In this document: positions 1 through 8,867 of the stretch, piece by piece
How the letters are laid out: each line of letters starts with the position of its first letter
How positions within the stretch are numbered: position 1 is the first letter of the stretch
Source of the DNA: Allofournierella massiliensis
GTDB lineage: Bacteria > Bacillota > Clostridia > Oscillospirales > Ruminococcaceae
DNA: 64,000 bases
NCBI GenBank assembly: GCA_021531255.1
Contig: JAFBIO010000004.1
Strand: one strand, 5' to 3'
Notes under the pieces: model-generated
Database searches by the model: none
Seen by the model: only the letters and a program-made list of their open reading frames with translations
Told to the model about the DNA's origin: nothing
Translations under genes and position numbers: made by a program

Positions 1-582
1 GGTCAGATCCAAAAGCAGGATGCGGCCATCAGCGCGGCCCAGGCCGAGAAGGAGGCCCAGCAGGTCCAGGTGGAGGCGGCCCAGGCCGCGTTTGAGGAAG
101 CAGACGCCCAGTATGAGGCATATGTGCGCCAGCAGATCGCCCAGGGCGCTCAGGATAATACCCTTTACTGCGGGCTGGATTTCGGCTGCCCGCTGGATAG
201 CTACGCCCGCATCAGCTGCCGCTTCGGCGAGCCGGACGGCTGGAGCGGGAAACCCCATGGCGGCACCGATTTTGCGGCCAATGCGGGCAGCACCATCCGG
301 GCTGCGGCCGAAGGAGTAGTGCAGGCGGCCGGCGGCGGCGAAACCTACAGCTATGGCTACTATGTGATCCTGTACCATGGCAAGGATGACGCGGGCCGCA
401 CCATTGCCACCCTGTATGCCCATATGAACGAAGCGCCTCCGGTGAGCGTGGGCCAGGCAGTGGCCAAAGGGGAGGCCATCGGCCGGGTGGGCAATACCGG
501 CAATTCCAAGGGGTATCATCTGCACCTGGAATTGCGGATAGACGGCAATAAGACCGACCCGATGGTGTATATTCCCGGGTAA
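1..582 (+). CDS. M23 family peptidase (5' partial; N-terminal coiled-coil, C-terminal LytM/M23 domain)
   Basis: The frame is open from the window edge. The C-terminal motif GYYVILYHG...YAHMNE...GNTGNSKGYHLHLE is typical of M23 peptidases. Confidence 0.8.
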   Translation, partial: GQIQKQDAAISAAQAEKEAQQVQVEAAQAAFEEADAQYEAYVRQQIAQGAQDNTLYCGLDFGCPLDSYARISCRFGEPDGWSGKPHGGTDFAANAGSTIRAAAEGVVQAAGGGETYSYGYYVILYHGKDDAGRTIATLYAHMNEAPPVSVGQAVAKGEAIGRVGNTGNSKGYHLHLELRIDGNKTDPMVYIPG

Positions 583-754
583 AAAGGGGAAAACTGCAGG
601 ATAACCCCGGCCTGATCACCGGCCGGGGCCCTGCGGCCCCAGAAAAAAGCGGAAAACCCAAAGAAAATCCAAAGAAAATGCAAAAAATGCTTGACAGAAC
701 GGGGACAATCCCATATAATAATCTACGCACCTTATTTTGTTTGGTGCGGAATAT

Positions 755-831
755 GGCGGTATAGCTCAGTTGGCTAGAGCATTCGGTTCATACCCGAAGT
801 GTCACCGGTTCAAATCCAGTTACCGCTACCA
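755..831 (+). tRNA. tRNA-Met (anticodon CAT; could be lysidine-modified Ile2)
   Basis: Hand-folded cloverleaf with acceptor ggcggta/taccgct, anticodon stem ttcgg/ccgaa and loop ttCATac. It has a TTCAAAT T-loop, discriminator A and encoded CCA. Confidence 0.8.
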
Positions 832-924
832 TGGATACAGAGTTTCGCTAAGATACTTGGGGGTCGCCCGCAATAGTGGGTGAAAGAAGCTTGCTGTTTT
901 AGCGAAATTCTGTATTTTTTAAAA

Positions 925-999
925 GGCCCGTTGGTCAAGCGGTTAAGACACGGCCCTTTCACGGCTGTAACATGGGTTCGATTCCCGTACGGGTCACCA
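925..999 (+). tRNA. tRNA-Glu (anticodon TTC)
   Basis: Cloverleaf with acceptor ggcccgt/acgggtc, anticodon stem cggcc/ggctg, loop ctTTCac, T-loop TTCGATT and encoded CCA. Confidence 0.75.
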
Positions 1000-1004
1000 A
1001 ACAG

Positions 1005-1045
1005 AAAAGCGCTCGCCGGAATACGGCGGGCGCTTTTCTGCTTTC
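1005..1045 (+). terminator. Rho-independent terminator after the tRNA pair
   Basis: GC hairpin gcgctcgccgg...cggcgggcgc followed by a TTTTCTGCTTT run. Confidence 0.7.
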
Positions 1046-1306
1046 TATTGACTTAACCGGCTTAGAGCCGGCCTTCCCCGTCAGGCGGGAAAGGCGATTT
1101 CTATAATATATAGTAATAGTAGAATAAGCGAGGTCGGTTTTGCCGGCCTCTTTTTGTTTTGGAGAAAAGGAAAATTAAACAAGAAGGGAAAAGAAAAAAG
1201 AAGAATAAGAATTTTAATTTTACCCGCTTCTTTTAACCGGCCTTTTACCGGCGGATGATATAGTGTATCTGTAAGCTGAAGAAAGAAGGGGGGAGAGCGC
1301 GGTAAA

Positions 1307-1825
1307 ATGGATGGGTTTTATGCATCGGCGCCGAATCTGTGCAATGTCTGCATCGACAAGGCCGAAAAAGGCGAGTATGCGGGCCGACTATATCATTATT
1401 ACCAGCTCGAGCCCGAATCCTTCAAAAGCCAATACGAAATGATCCGAAGGATCGAATTGCTCTGTGACAGAGTAAATTATCCCCAGGCTTCGGAACAGAT
1501 CCGAAGTTTTGCCCCCACAGACACCTGTTTGCGGAATTCAAAAGAGCCGAAGGTAGAGCGATGCATGAGTAAAGAAAAATTGATAGAGCCGAAGGGCGAA
1601 AAAGTGACCTTTGTGGTTCATGTCATGTATCGCCAAAACGCCACCTGGCAGGGCAGCGTGACCTGGGCCGAAAAAAAGCAAACGGCCAATTTTCGCAGTG
1701 CGCTGGAGCTCATCAAACTGATGGACAGCGCTGTGGAGGCCACCGCCATGGCGGATGGCACCCAGGAAAAGGACGACCCGCCGCCCGAAGCCTCAGCCCC
1801 CGCGAGGCAGGCTAAAAAGAAATAA
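1307..1825 (+). CDS. Hypothetical protein (172 aa; no recognisable domain; lower GC than the genome)
   Basis: ORF with the RBS-like purine tract gaaagaaggggggagag upstream. GC is about 48% against about 63% genome-wide. It lies immediately upstream of the adhesin gene. Confidence 0.5.
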   Translation: MDGFYASAPNLCNVCIDKAEKGEYAGRLYHYYQLEPESFKSQYEMIRRIELLCDRVNYPQASEQIRSFAPTDTCLRNSKEPKVERCMSKEKLIEPKGEKVTFVVHVMYRQNATWQGSVTWAEKKQTANFRSALELIKLMDSAVEATAMADGTQEKDDPPPEASAPARQAKKK

Positions 1826-1882
1826 AAACAACGAACGTTTTCGTACAGCATAGAAGATTTCCTTGTTAGGGAGGCAACAGTT

Positions 1883-4800
1883 ATGAAACACAATTTGTTC
1901 AGCCGATTCCTCAGCATTGCGCTGGTTCTGGTCATGGTAGCCAGCGTTATGCCTGCCAGCATCCTGGCGGACGACGAGCTGACGGCGGATTCTTCGTCCG
2001 TGGTCAGTGAGATCGTGGAATCCGTTCTGCCCGAGGAGACTCCGGCAGCGCAGGAGCCCGCCGAGCAGGAGCCCGCCCCCGTTGCGGAGCAGACCCCTGC
2101 CCCCACGCCTGCGGCAGATGAGACTGCCCCTCTGACGGAGGAGGGCGACCAGGCTGCTGCCCCGACTCCTGAGGTGACTCCTGAGGCAACGCCGGAAGCC
2201 ACTCCTGCAGCTGGGGAAGAGGACCCGGAAAACGATGAGCAGGGCTCTGCCCCTGAACTGATCGAGCAGACGATTCAGGCGGTTGTTTATGAGGACGCTG
2301 ATTGCCTGATGCTGGCCGACTCGGGTGAGCCGGTGGATGTGATCACCCTCACTGGCAATATGCCGGAAGGCGCCGAGGCTAAGGCATACCCCGTTCAGGT
2401 GGAAATCGAGGGCGAGGTTGTTCTGGCAGCTTATGACATTACCATCTATGACGCACAGGGCAATGTGTATCAGCCGCAGGATGGCGCCATCCAGGTGAAA
2501 ATTGAGACTCCCCAGATCGCTCAGGCTCTGCAGCAGGAAAGCGAACTGAGCGTTTACCACATGGAGGACGAAACGGCTGAGCCGGAAAAGGTAGAGGAAG
2601 TAGCTGCTGTGGAAACGGCAGTGGAGTTTGCTGCGGAAAGTTTTTCCATCTACGTGGTTACGGATCCTACCCAGCACTTTACCCACACTTACATTTTTAT
2701 GGTAAATGGCGAAGAGGCCAGCCGTCAGATCCTGTCTGAGGGTGAGACTCTGCTGGAGCCGGAAACCCCGCGGTTGGACGGCTATGTTTTCAAGGGCTGG
2801 CTGCTGCCGGATGGCAGTACCTTTGCCGGTTTTAATCAGGTAGAGGGTGCGCTGGCGGAAAACAAAACCACCACGCTGACTGCCGACCTGACCCAGGGCT
2901 ACTACGTCTTTTATAAAGACGGACTGAATGGCCGAGTGATCCACACTCAGATCTATGCCCCGAACAGCAAGGTGGATTGGAGCGATGTTCCCTATACCGC
3001 TCCGGGCGAGGATGAGGCGCTGATTGGTTGGTCGCAGAACCACGAGGCAACGCAGCCGGAGGAGAATGTAACCGTAACCAACAGCGACATTATCCTCTAC
3101 CCGGTGGTAGCGAAGGCACACTGGATCACCTATTATTCTCAGGGTGGTTCGGTAGTGGAGCCCACATATGTGCTGGCCGGCCAGGCTGCGGTAGAGCCGG
3201 CTGAGCCCACGCGCCCGGGTTACACCTTTGCAGGGTGGTACACGGATGCAGAGGGCGGTACAAAGTATAACTTCGATTCTGTGGTGACGGAAGATATCAC
3301 CCTCTACGCCCAATGGACGCCCGGGCGGGTGAGCTACACCGTCGTCCACTGGTGGGAGAATGCCAACGACGAGGAATATTCTTACCATGATTCCGAGACG
3401 CTGACCGGGACGACCGGAGAACTGACCAAAGCCCAGGCCAAAAACTATGAGGTCTGGGATGAGAATATCAGACGGGAGCAGATTTCTGACTACCCATTTG
3501 TAGCAAAGGAGATTACTCAACAGACCATTGCCGGCGACGGTTCTACCATCGTCAACGTGTATTATGACCGGAAGGAGTACACCCTGACCTTTGTCGGTGA
3601 GAGCCGAGTGCTTACTTGCGGCAAGGAAGAGCATACGCATACATGGGACGATAGAAAATGGGTTCCTAGCATCATTTTGGTCTTCGGGCATTACGAATGC
3701 ACCGGCGGATGCTATGGAGAAGGTTGGCACAGAGAGAGTGAAACCAGTTGTCATATGGAGGAGCACCAGCATTCTGACTGGTGCTATAGCGATGAAGAGA
3801 CTATTCTCCACACCATCACCGCCAAATATGGTCAGAAGATTACTGATTGGCCCACCCATGGAGATGGCAATAACAACTGGGCTATGGGACCGAATGAAAG
3901 AAAGTATCTGGCCAATCTGTTGGTGATGCCCATGGGCGGCGGAACCTTGTATACATATGATGAGTCGGGGGGGCGGCATACAGCTTCTTATTATGTCGAG
4001 GCATTGAACCCGTTTGATACGGGTATTGACGGCAGCCAGGCAATCCGCGTAGGCGGAAAGTACTATGTTCTTCATCACAAGGATACCGTTGTCCTGAGTG
4101 GTCCTACAGTGGGTGAAGAGGACCGTTATGAGATCGAGGGCTTTACCTGCAATGCCGACATTGGTACAAAGGTTGGCAACAGCTATGATGGCGCTAAGTT
4201 CTACTATGACCGCAACAGCTACAACATTGTCTATTACAACGGTGGCGATATAGATCATAAGCAGGCTTATCGGTATGAGGCGGATATCTCTGGCGCAGGC
4301 AATTACACACCTACCCGGCCCGCCGGCATCCCTGACGACTATACCTTTGCAGGATGGTATAAAGATCCCCAAGGCACGGAGAAGTATGACTTTAATGGCA
4401 AGACTATGCCGGCCAATGACCTGATTCTTTATGCCAAGTGGGCTCCCGTCGTATACACTGTTTCCTTTGACCCGGCTGGCGGCCAAGCTCCGGAAGGTCA
4501 CGAAGATGCCTATAACCCTCAGGGAAATATCCTCCCTGGCTATACGGCTACAAAACCGGTTGACCCGGTGCGTGAAGGCTACGCCTTTGCTGGTTGGTAC
4601 ACGAAGGACGGTCAGCCCTTCAGCTTCACCACCCCCATTGGTAAAAACTATGAACTGGTAGCCCGTTGGGTTGGCAATGAAGCACATACCGTGACCTATG
4701 ATCCCGGCTACCGTAATGGCGTAGCTTTTGAGGATCCCAACAAGTACGCGGCTAACGCCAAGGCAAAAGTGCTGGAAGTGCCGGAGGATTGGACTGCCCA

Positions 4801-5569
4801 GGAAGGCAAGGAGTATTTCGTTTGCTGGACCACCAACAAAGATGGCACTGGCGATTCCTACTATCCCGGCGAGACCTTCCAGATGCCCAATGAAAACATT
4901 ACCCTCTACGCTCAGTGGAGCGCCGAGCGCAAAACGGTTCTGATCTATGATCACAACTACGAGGGCTCGGAGGACAAGATCATCAATAATATTGTGCCCA
5001 ACAGTGAGTATAAGATCGACTACGCGCCGAAGCGGGATGGCTACGATTTCCTGGGTTGGAGCAAGAGCCCGAAACCGGCAGAGGATGAGACGCTGCTGAA
5101 GGTGGGAGATACCATTCAGGTCGATACCCTGGAAGAGGAAACCAACATCCTGTACGCGCAGTGGCAGGCGGCTAACGGCAATTTGACTGTGACCAAAACG
5201 CTGGATAAGCTGAACCTGATGAAGGGTAATAGCGCTTCCTTTGCCTTCGAGATCAAGAACGATACCACCGGCGTGACCTATTACCATGTGTTCACTTTCA
5301 ATGATGGCGGCAGTCAGTCCTTCACCTTTAATGATCTGCCGGCAGGCAGCTACACCGTTAAGGAGCTGGATGCTGGAGGTTATGTGGCAGATGGAAATAA
5401 GAAGCAGGTAAGCGTGCCGGCAGGCGGAGAAGAAAGTATCGGGTTTACCAATACCGCCAGCGGCAACACCCCCGGCGATAACGATTATGCCAACAACCAG
5501 TTCACTTGTACCAACGGCGAGTGGGTCTGGAACCGCAATGATGACGATGCGGTTGACCCCCAGAACTGA
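1883..5569 (+). CDS. Giant secreted surface protein/adhesin with multiple Listeria-Bacteroides (Flg_new) repeats
   Basis: RBS AGGGAGG. Sec signal peptide MKHNLFSRFLSIALVLVMVASVMPASILA. Acidic, Pro/Ala/Thr-rich linker. At least five repeats of G(Y/D)xFxGW...LYAxW, the Flg_new signature. Cys/His-rich insert and beta-sandwich-like tail. No LPXTG motif or C-terminal TM. Confidence 0.9.
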   Translation: MKHNLFSRFLSIALVLVMVASVMPASILADDELTADSSSVVSEIVESVLPEETPAAQEPAEQEPAPVAEQTPAPTPAADETAPLTEEGDQAAAPTPEVTPEATPEATPAAGEEDPENDEQGSAPELIEQTIQAVVYEDADCLMLADSGEPVDVITLTGNMPEGAEAKAYPVQVEIEGEVVLAAYDITIYDAQGNVYQPQDGAIQVKIETPQIAQALQQESELSVYHMEDETAEPEKVEEVAAVETAVEFAAESFSIYVVTDPTQHFTHTYIFMVNGEEASRQILSEGETLLEPETPRLDGYVFKGWLLPDGSTFAGFNQVEGALAENKTTTLTADLTQGYYVFYKDGLNGRVIHTQIYAPNSKVDWSDVPYTAPGEDEALIGWSQNHEATQPEENVTVTNSDIILYPVVAKAHWITYYSQGGSVVEPTYVLAGQAAVEPAEPTRPGYTFAGWYTDAEGGTKYNFDSVVTEDITLYAQWTPGRVSYTVVHWWENANDEEYSYHDSETLTGTTGELTKAQAKNYEVWDENIRREQISDYPFVAKEITQQTIAGDGSTIVNVYYDRKEYTLTFVGESRVLTCGKEEHTHTWDDRKWVPSIILVFGHYECTGGCYGEGWHRESETSCHMEEHQHSDWCYSDEETILHTITAKYGQKITDWPTHGDGNNNWAMGPNERKYLANLLVMPMGGGTLYTYDESGGRHTASYYVEALNPFDTGIDGSQAIRVGGKYYVLHHKDTVVLSGPTVGEEDRYEIEGFTCNADIGTKVGNSYDGAKFYYDRNSYNIVYYNGGDIDHKQAYRYEADISGAGNYTPTRPAGIPDDYTFAGWYKDPQGTEKYDFNGKTMPANDLILYAKWAPVVYTVSFDPAGGQAPEGHEDAYNPQGNILPGYTATKPVDPVREGYAFAGWYTKDGQPFSFTTPIGKNYELVARWVGNEAHTVTYDPGYRNGVAFEDPNKYAANAKAKVLEVPEDWTAQEGKEYFVCWTTNKDGTGDSYYPGETFQMPNENITLYAQWSAERKTVLIYDHNYEGSEDKIINNIVPNSEYKIDYAPKRDGYDFLGWSKSPKPAEDETLLKVGDTIQVDTLEEETNILYAQWQAANGNLTVTKTLDKLNLMKGNSASFAFEIKNDTTGVTYYHVFTFNDGGSQSFTFNDLPAGSYTVKELDAGGYVADGNKKQVSVPAGGEESIGFTNTASGNTPGDNDYANNQFTCTNGEWVWNRNDDDAVDPQN

Positions 5570-5595
5570 GAAACCAGTAGAAAGGAGAGAGAACA

Positions 5596-6099
5596 ATGAA
5601 AAAAAATATCCTTAAAATTGCGCTTTCTGCTCTGCTGGTAATGGTGGTGCTGGTGGGCAGTACCCTGGCTTTCCTGGCTACCCAGACAGATGTGCTTGCC
5701 AATACCTTTGCAATCGTAAATATTGACACGGAAGTGGTGGAAGACCCGGAGACCGGCAGCGCGGCCAGCAAGGCGCCACAAATCACGAACACGACCAACA
5801 GCAATGTACCTGTCTATGTGCGGGCTTACGCGGTGGTAAGCACAGATAAGGATTCCCCCGTATCGGTGAGCAGCGAGAATGTTTCGTTTACCTATTCGTC
5901 TGAATGGACGAAATCTGGGGACTATTACTACTATACGAAGCCGCTGCAGCCGGGGGAGACCACCCCAGCACTCTTTAATGGCGTGAAGGTTACCGGCCTG
6001 GATGAAACGGCCCGCTTCTCTGTCTACGTCTACCACGAGAGCGTGCAGGCCAAGACTACTCTGGACACTGTTGAAGAGATCGCTGCGCTCTTTGATTAA
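5596..6099 (+). CDS. TasA/camelysin-like protein 1 with SipW-cognate signal peptide
   Basis: RBS AAAGGAGAG. The N-terminus MKKNILKIALSALLVMVVLVGSTLAFLATQTDVLANTF matches the SipW-cognate class (compare TasA GGGTFAFFSD). It carries the shared motif YYYYTKPLQPGETTPALFNGVKV. Confidence 0.85.
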   Translation: MKKNILKIALSALLVMVVLVGSTLAFLATQTDVLANTFAIVNIDTEVVEDPETGSAASKAPQITNTTNSNVPVYVRAYAVVSTDKDSPVSVSSENVSFTYSSEWTKSGDYYYYTKPLQPGETTPALFNGVKVTGLDETARFSVYVYHESVQAKTTLDTVEEIAALFD

Positions 6100-6138
6100 G
6101 CACTGCGCAATAACAGGGCAGGAGGTACTCTTCCCCGC

Positions 6139-6687
6139 ATGATCGTAAAAAGAATCTGCAATATTTTATCAACCATAATGGTACTGTTGCTGGCGGCAGT
6201 AGCGGCAGTGATCCTGGTGCCCATGCTCATGGGCTACAAGGAAATGGCTGTGCTGTCCGGCAGTATGGAGCCCACCATCCCGGTGGGGAGCATCGTCTAT
6301 GTGAAACCGCTGGACGATGCCTCCCTGCTGGAGCCGGGTGACATCTGTACTTATGTTTTGGCTGATGGCAAAACAATGGTTACCCACCGGGTGATCAGCG
6401 TGGACCCGGAAAGCCAGACCCTGGTGACCCAGGGCGACGCCAATAGTTCACCGGACGGTGCAATCAGCTTTGATCAGGTGTATGGCGAAACCCAGTTCCA
6501 TCTGCCTTATCTGGGCTACATCACCATCAACGCAAAAACTCCCAAGGGCATTATGGCTATCTGTGGGGTGTTGGTGGTAGTGGTTCTGGTCAACTTTATC
6601 CCCGCCATCATCGATGCGGATGAAGAGGACAAGAAAAAAGCTCTAAAGCAGGCAGATGAACCTTCCCCAAAAGAAGAAAATATGTAA
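6139..6687 (+). CDS. sipW: Signal peptidase I, archaeal/ER-type (SipW family) 1
   Basis: N-terminal TM, the LSGSMEPT catalytic serine box, and VTHRVIS...TQGDAN motifs homologous to B. subtilis SipW. It has a C-terminal TM plus an acidic/lysine tail. Confidence 0.85.
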   Translation: MIVKRICNILSTIMVLLLAAVAAVILVPMLMGYKEMAVLSGSMEPTIPVGSIVYVKPLDDASLLEPGDICTYVLADGKTMVTHRVISVDPESQTLVTQGDANSSPDGAISFDQVYGETQFHLPYLGYITINAKTPKGIMAICGVLVVVVLVNFIPAIIDADEEDKKKALKQADEPSPKEENM

Positions 6688-6843
6688 AACGGCTGGAAAA
6701 TTAAAAATTTTCTATAATTTTAACCGCCTTTTATCCCCGCTCTGCTAAACTGAAAATAGAAAATGTGGGGCGGGGAACTCACATCCGTTTCACAAATTTG
6801 GGCGCAGGGTGCGCTCGAAAAAACTAAAAGAGGAGATTATATC

Positions 6844-7515
6844 ATGAAAAAGAAGAACGTACTTATGACGGCTCTGTCTCTGACTCTGGTGGGCGTTATT
6901 GCTGCGGGCAGCACCCTGGCCTATCTCACCTCTCAGAGCGATACCCTGACCAACACCTTCACCGTGGGCGAAGGGTACGGCACGGAGCAGGATCCTGGCT
7001 TCTACCTGGATGAGACTGCCGCAAAGGTAGAAGTGGTTGAAGGGAAGACTGTCACCACCAACCCCACTTCGAAGAGTCAGTTCGGTCGTACCGATGAAGG
7101 CAATACCTATGCTGCCATGAGCATTGGCGATACCATCTATAAGGATCCTACCTTCCATCTGGATGAAGGCCCCGAGAGCTATATCTTTGCAATAGTTGAA
7201 GGCGTAGACGCTATGGAAGCTGATGGCGTTGGCTTCGACTTCGATGGCTGGAGCACTAACTGGGTAAAGGTTGACGGTTCCAAAGGCCGTGATGGCTATT
7301 ACCGTTACACCAGCACGGTAACCGCCGGCACCGAGATTGCCCCCCTGTTCACCAACGTTTCTCTGCCCGCAGCCCTGAAGGCACTGCCTGATAACAGAGA
7401 TCTGACCAACATCACCATCAAGGGTGTTGCCATTCAGGCTGCGAACCTGGCTACCTGGCAAGACGCTTGGGCTGCCCTGGCAGAGGATGCTCCTGGTTTC
7501 CGTCCTGCTGCCTGA
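6844..7515 (+). CDS. TasA/camelysin-like protein 2 with SipW-cognate signal peptide
   Basis: RBS AAAGAGGAG. N-terminus MKKKNVLMTALSLTLVGVIAAGSTLAYLTSQSDTLTNTF. Shared motif YYRYTSTVTAGTEIAPLFTNVSLP. Confidence 0.85.
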   Translation: MKKKNVLMTALSLTLVGVIAAGSTLAYLTSQSDTLTNTFTVGEGYGTEQDPGFYLDETAAKVEVVEGKTVTTNPTSKSQFGRTDEGNTYAAMSIGDTIYKDPTFHLDEGPESYIFAIVEGVDAMEADGVGFDFDGWSTNWVKVDGSKGRDGYYRYTSTVTAGTEIAPLFTNVSLPAALKALPDNRDLTNITIKGVAIQAANLATWQDAWAALAEDAPGFRPAA

Positions 7516-7615
7516 TCAGACAGGAAAACAGTTGTTTTTCTTGTAACCTGATTTAGGCGTGGATCCCGGCAAGGAATATCCCTGCTTTACAAATCCCGAT
7601 TTGTGAGGTAATAAA

Positions 7616-8269
7616 ATGAAGAAAAAAAATATTTTAACGGCTGTGCTTAGCCTTTGCTTGGTCGCAGTCATTACGGTGGGCGCCACTTTGGCCTATTTCA
7701 CCGATAAGAGCGAAGCGGTACATAACACCTTCACCACCGGCAACATTAAAATTGCCGTGGTAGATGAGACCAATCCCACTGAGGGCCAGGTAGGCGGCGT
7801 GAAGGATCCTGAGACCGGCGATATCGCTTATGGTACCGTGACTCCCATCATGCCCGGCGACGTGATCAGCAAGCAGGTAAGCGTATCTGTGAATTCCGAC
7901 AGCCAGCCCGCCTGGGTGGCTCTGAAACTCACTACGAACGTTTCTCTGTCCCCCGACTCCAAGCTGACTGTGAATGAGGCCAATGCCGCTGTTAAGGCTC
8001 TGATCGATCAGGAAGTGGCCAAGCAGAGAGCTTGGGTTGAAGATGAAAATAACAAAGGCGTCTATTACTATCGCGACATCGTCCAGCCCGGCGATACTGC
8101 TGCTTCCATCTTCAACACTCTCACCATTCCTGGCGAAGCCTGGGGCAACGATTATGCTGGTATGACCTTCACCATTGATGTGAAAGCTGCTGCTGTGCAG
8201 GCCGCAAACATCGATACCATTGAGGATGCCAAGCCCGAGCTGAGCAAGCTGTTCATCGAGATCAGCTAA
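7616..8269 (+). CDS. TasA/camelysin-like protein 3 with SipW-cognate signal peptide
   Basis: N-terminus MKKKNILTAVLSLCLVAVITVGATLAYFTDKSEAVHNTF is a near-textbook SipW-cognate signal. Shared motif YYYRDIVQPGDTAASIFNTLTIP. Confidence 0.85.
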   Translation: MKKKNILTAVLSLCLVAVITVGATLAYFTDKSEAVHNTFTTGNIKIAVVDETNPTEGQVGGVKDPETGDIAYGTVTPIMPGDVISKQVSVSVNSDSQPAWVALKLTTNVSLSPDSKLTVNEANAAVKALIDQEVAKQRAWVEDENNKGVYYYRDIVQPGDTAASIFNTLTIPGEAWGNDYAGMTFTIDVKAAAVQAANIDTIEDAKPELSKLFIEIS

Positions 8270-8369
8270 CTACTAAATGGCTCCAGAAGCAACCAAAACC
8301 ATATTCAGGCATTTGTGGTAAGGCTTCCTTGTGATTTGTAGAAAATGATCAGGAAAGGAGGGCGGCCGG

Positions 8370-8867
8370 TTGAAAGCAAGGCTGCTAAGCGCTGCGGCTG
8401 CGGCGCTGATTCTGGCCCTCATATTGGCCGCCCTCCCTCTTACCATTCCCAAGCTTTGGGGCTATCAGATCTACAATGTCCTCACCAGCAGTATGACTCC
8501 CGCCTTGCCTCCCGGCAGCGCGATTTATGTCAAAGCTTGTGACGCCCAGGACTTAGAGCCCGGCGACATTATTACCTTTACTCTAAGCAGCAGCACCACT
8601 CTGGTGGAGACCCACCGCGTGGTCGAAAACGACTGGCAGGCCCGGCAGCTCGTTACAAAAGGCGATGCAAATGCCGACGTGGATATCGACCCCGTGGCAT
8701 ATGACCGGGTGGTGGGCAAAGTGGTCTTCAGCATACCAGTTTTAGGCGCCGCTTCCCAGATGATGCGTTCAAGAGGCGGCATCGCGGTTTGCATAGCAAT
8801 ATTTGCCCTGGCATTTATTCTATGGACACTTGCAGACAAGATGAAAAAAAGGGAGAGTTTCAAGTGA
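8370..8867 (+). CDS. sipW: Signal peptidase I, archaeal/ER-type (SipW family) 2
   Basis: TTG start with RBS AAAGGAGG. N-terminal TM, the LTSSMTP serine box, and VETHRVV...TKGDAN motifs. It has a C-terminal TM. Confidence 0.8.
   Translation: MKARLLSAAAAALILALILAALPLTIPKLWGYQIYNVLTSSMTPALPPGSAIYVKACDAQDLEPGDIITFTLSSSTTLVETHRVVENDWQARQLVTKGDANADVDIDPVAYDRVVGKVVFSIPVLGAASQMMRSRGGIAVCIAIFALAFILWTLADKMKKRESFK

Noticed and set aside
1793-5596. 1267-aa ORF on the minus strand, antisense to the adhesin gene
   Set aside because: It exactly shadows a strongly supported + strand gene and has no RBS or signal. Low-complexity G/A/V/I-rich translation is typical of antisense frames in GC-rich coding DNA.
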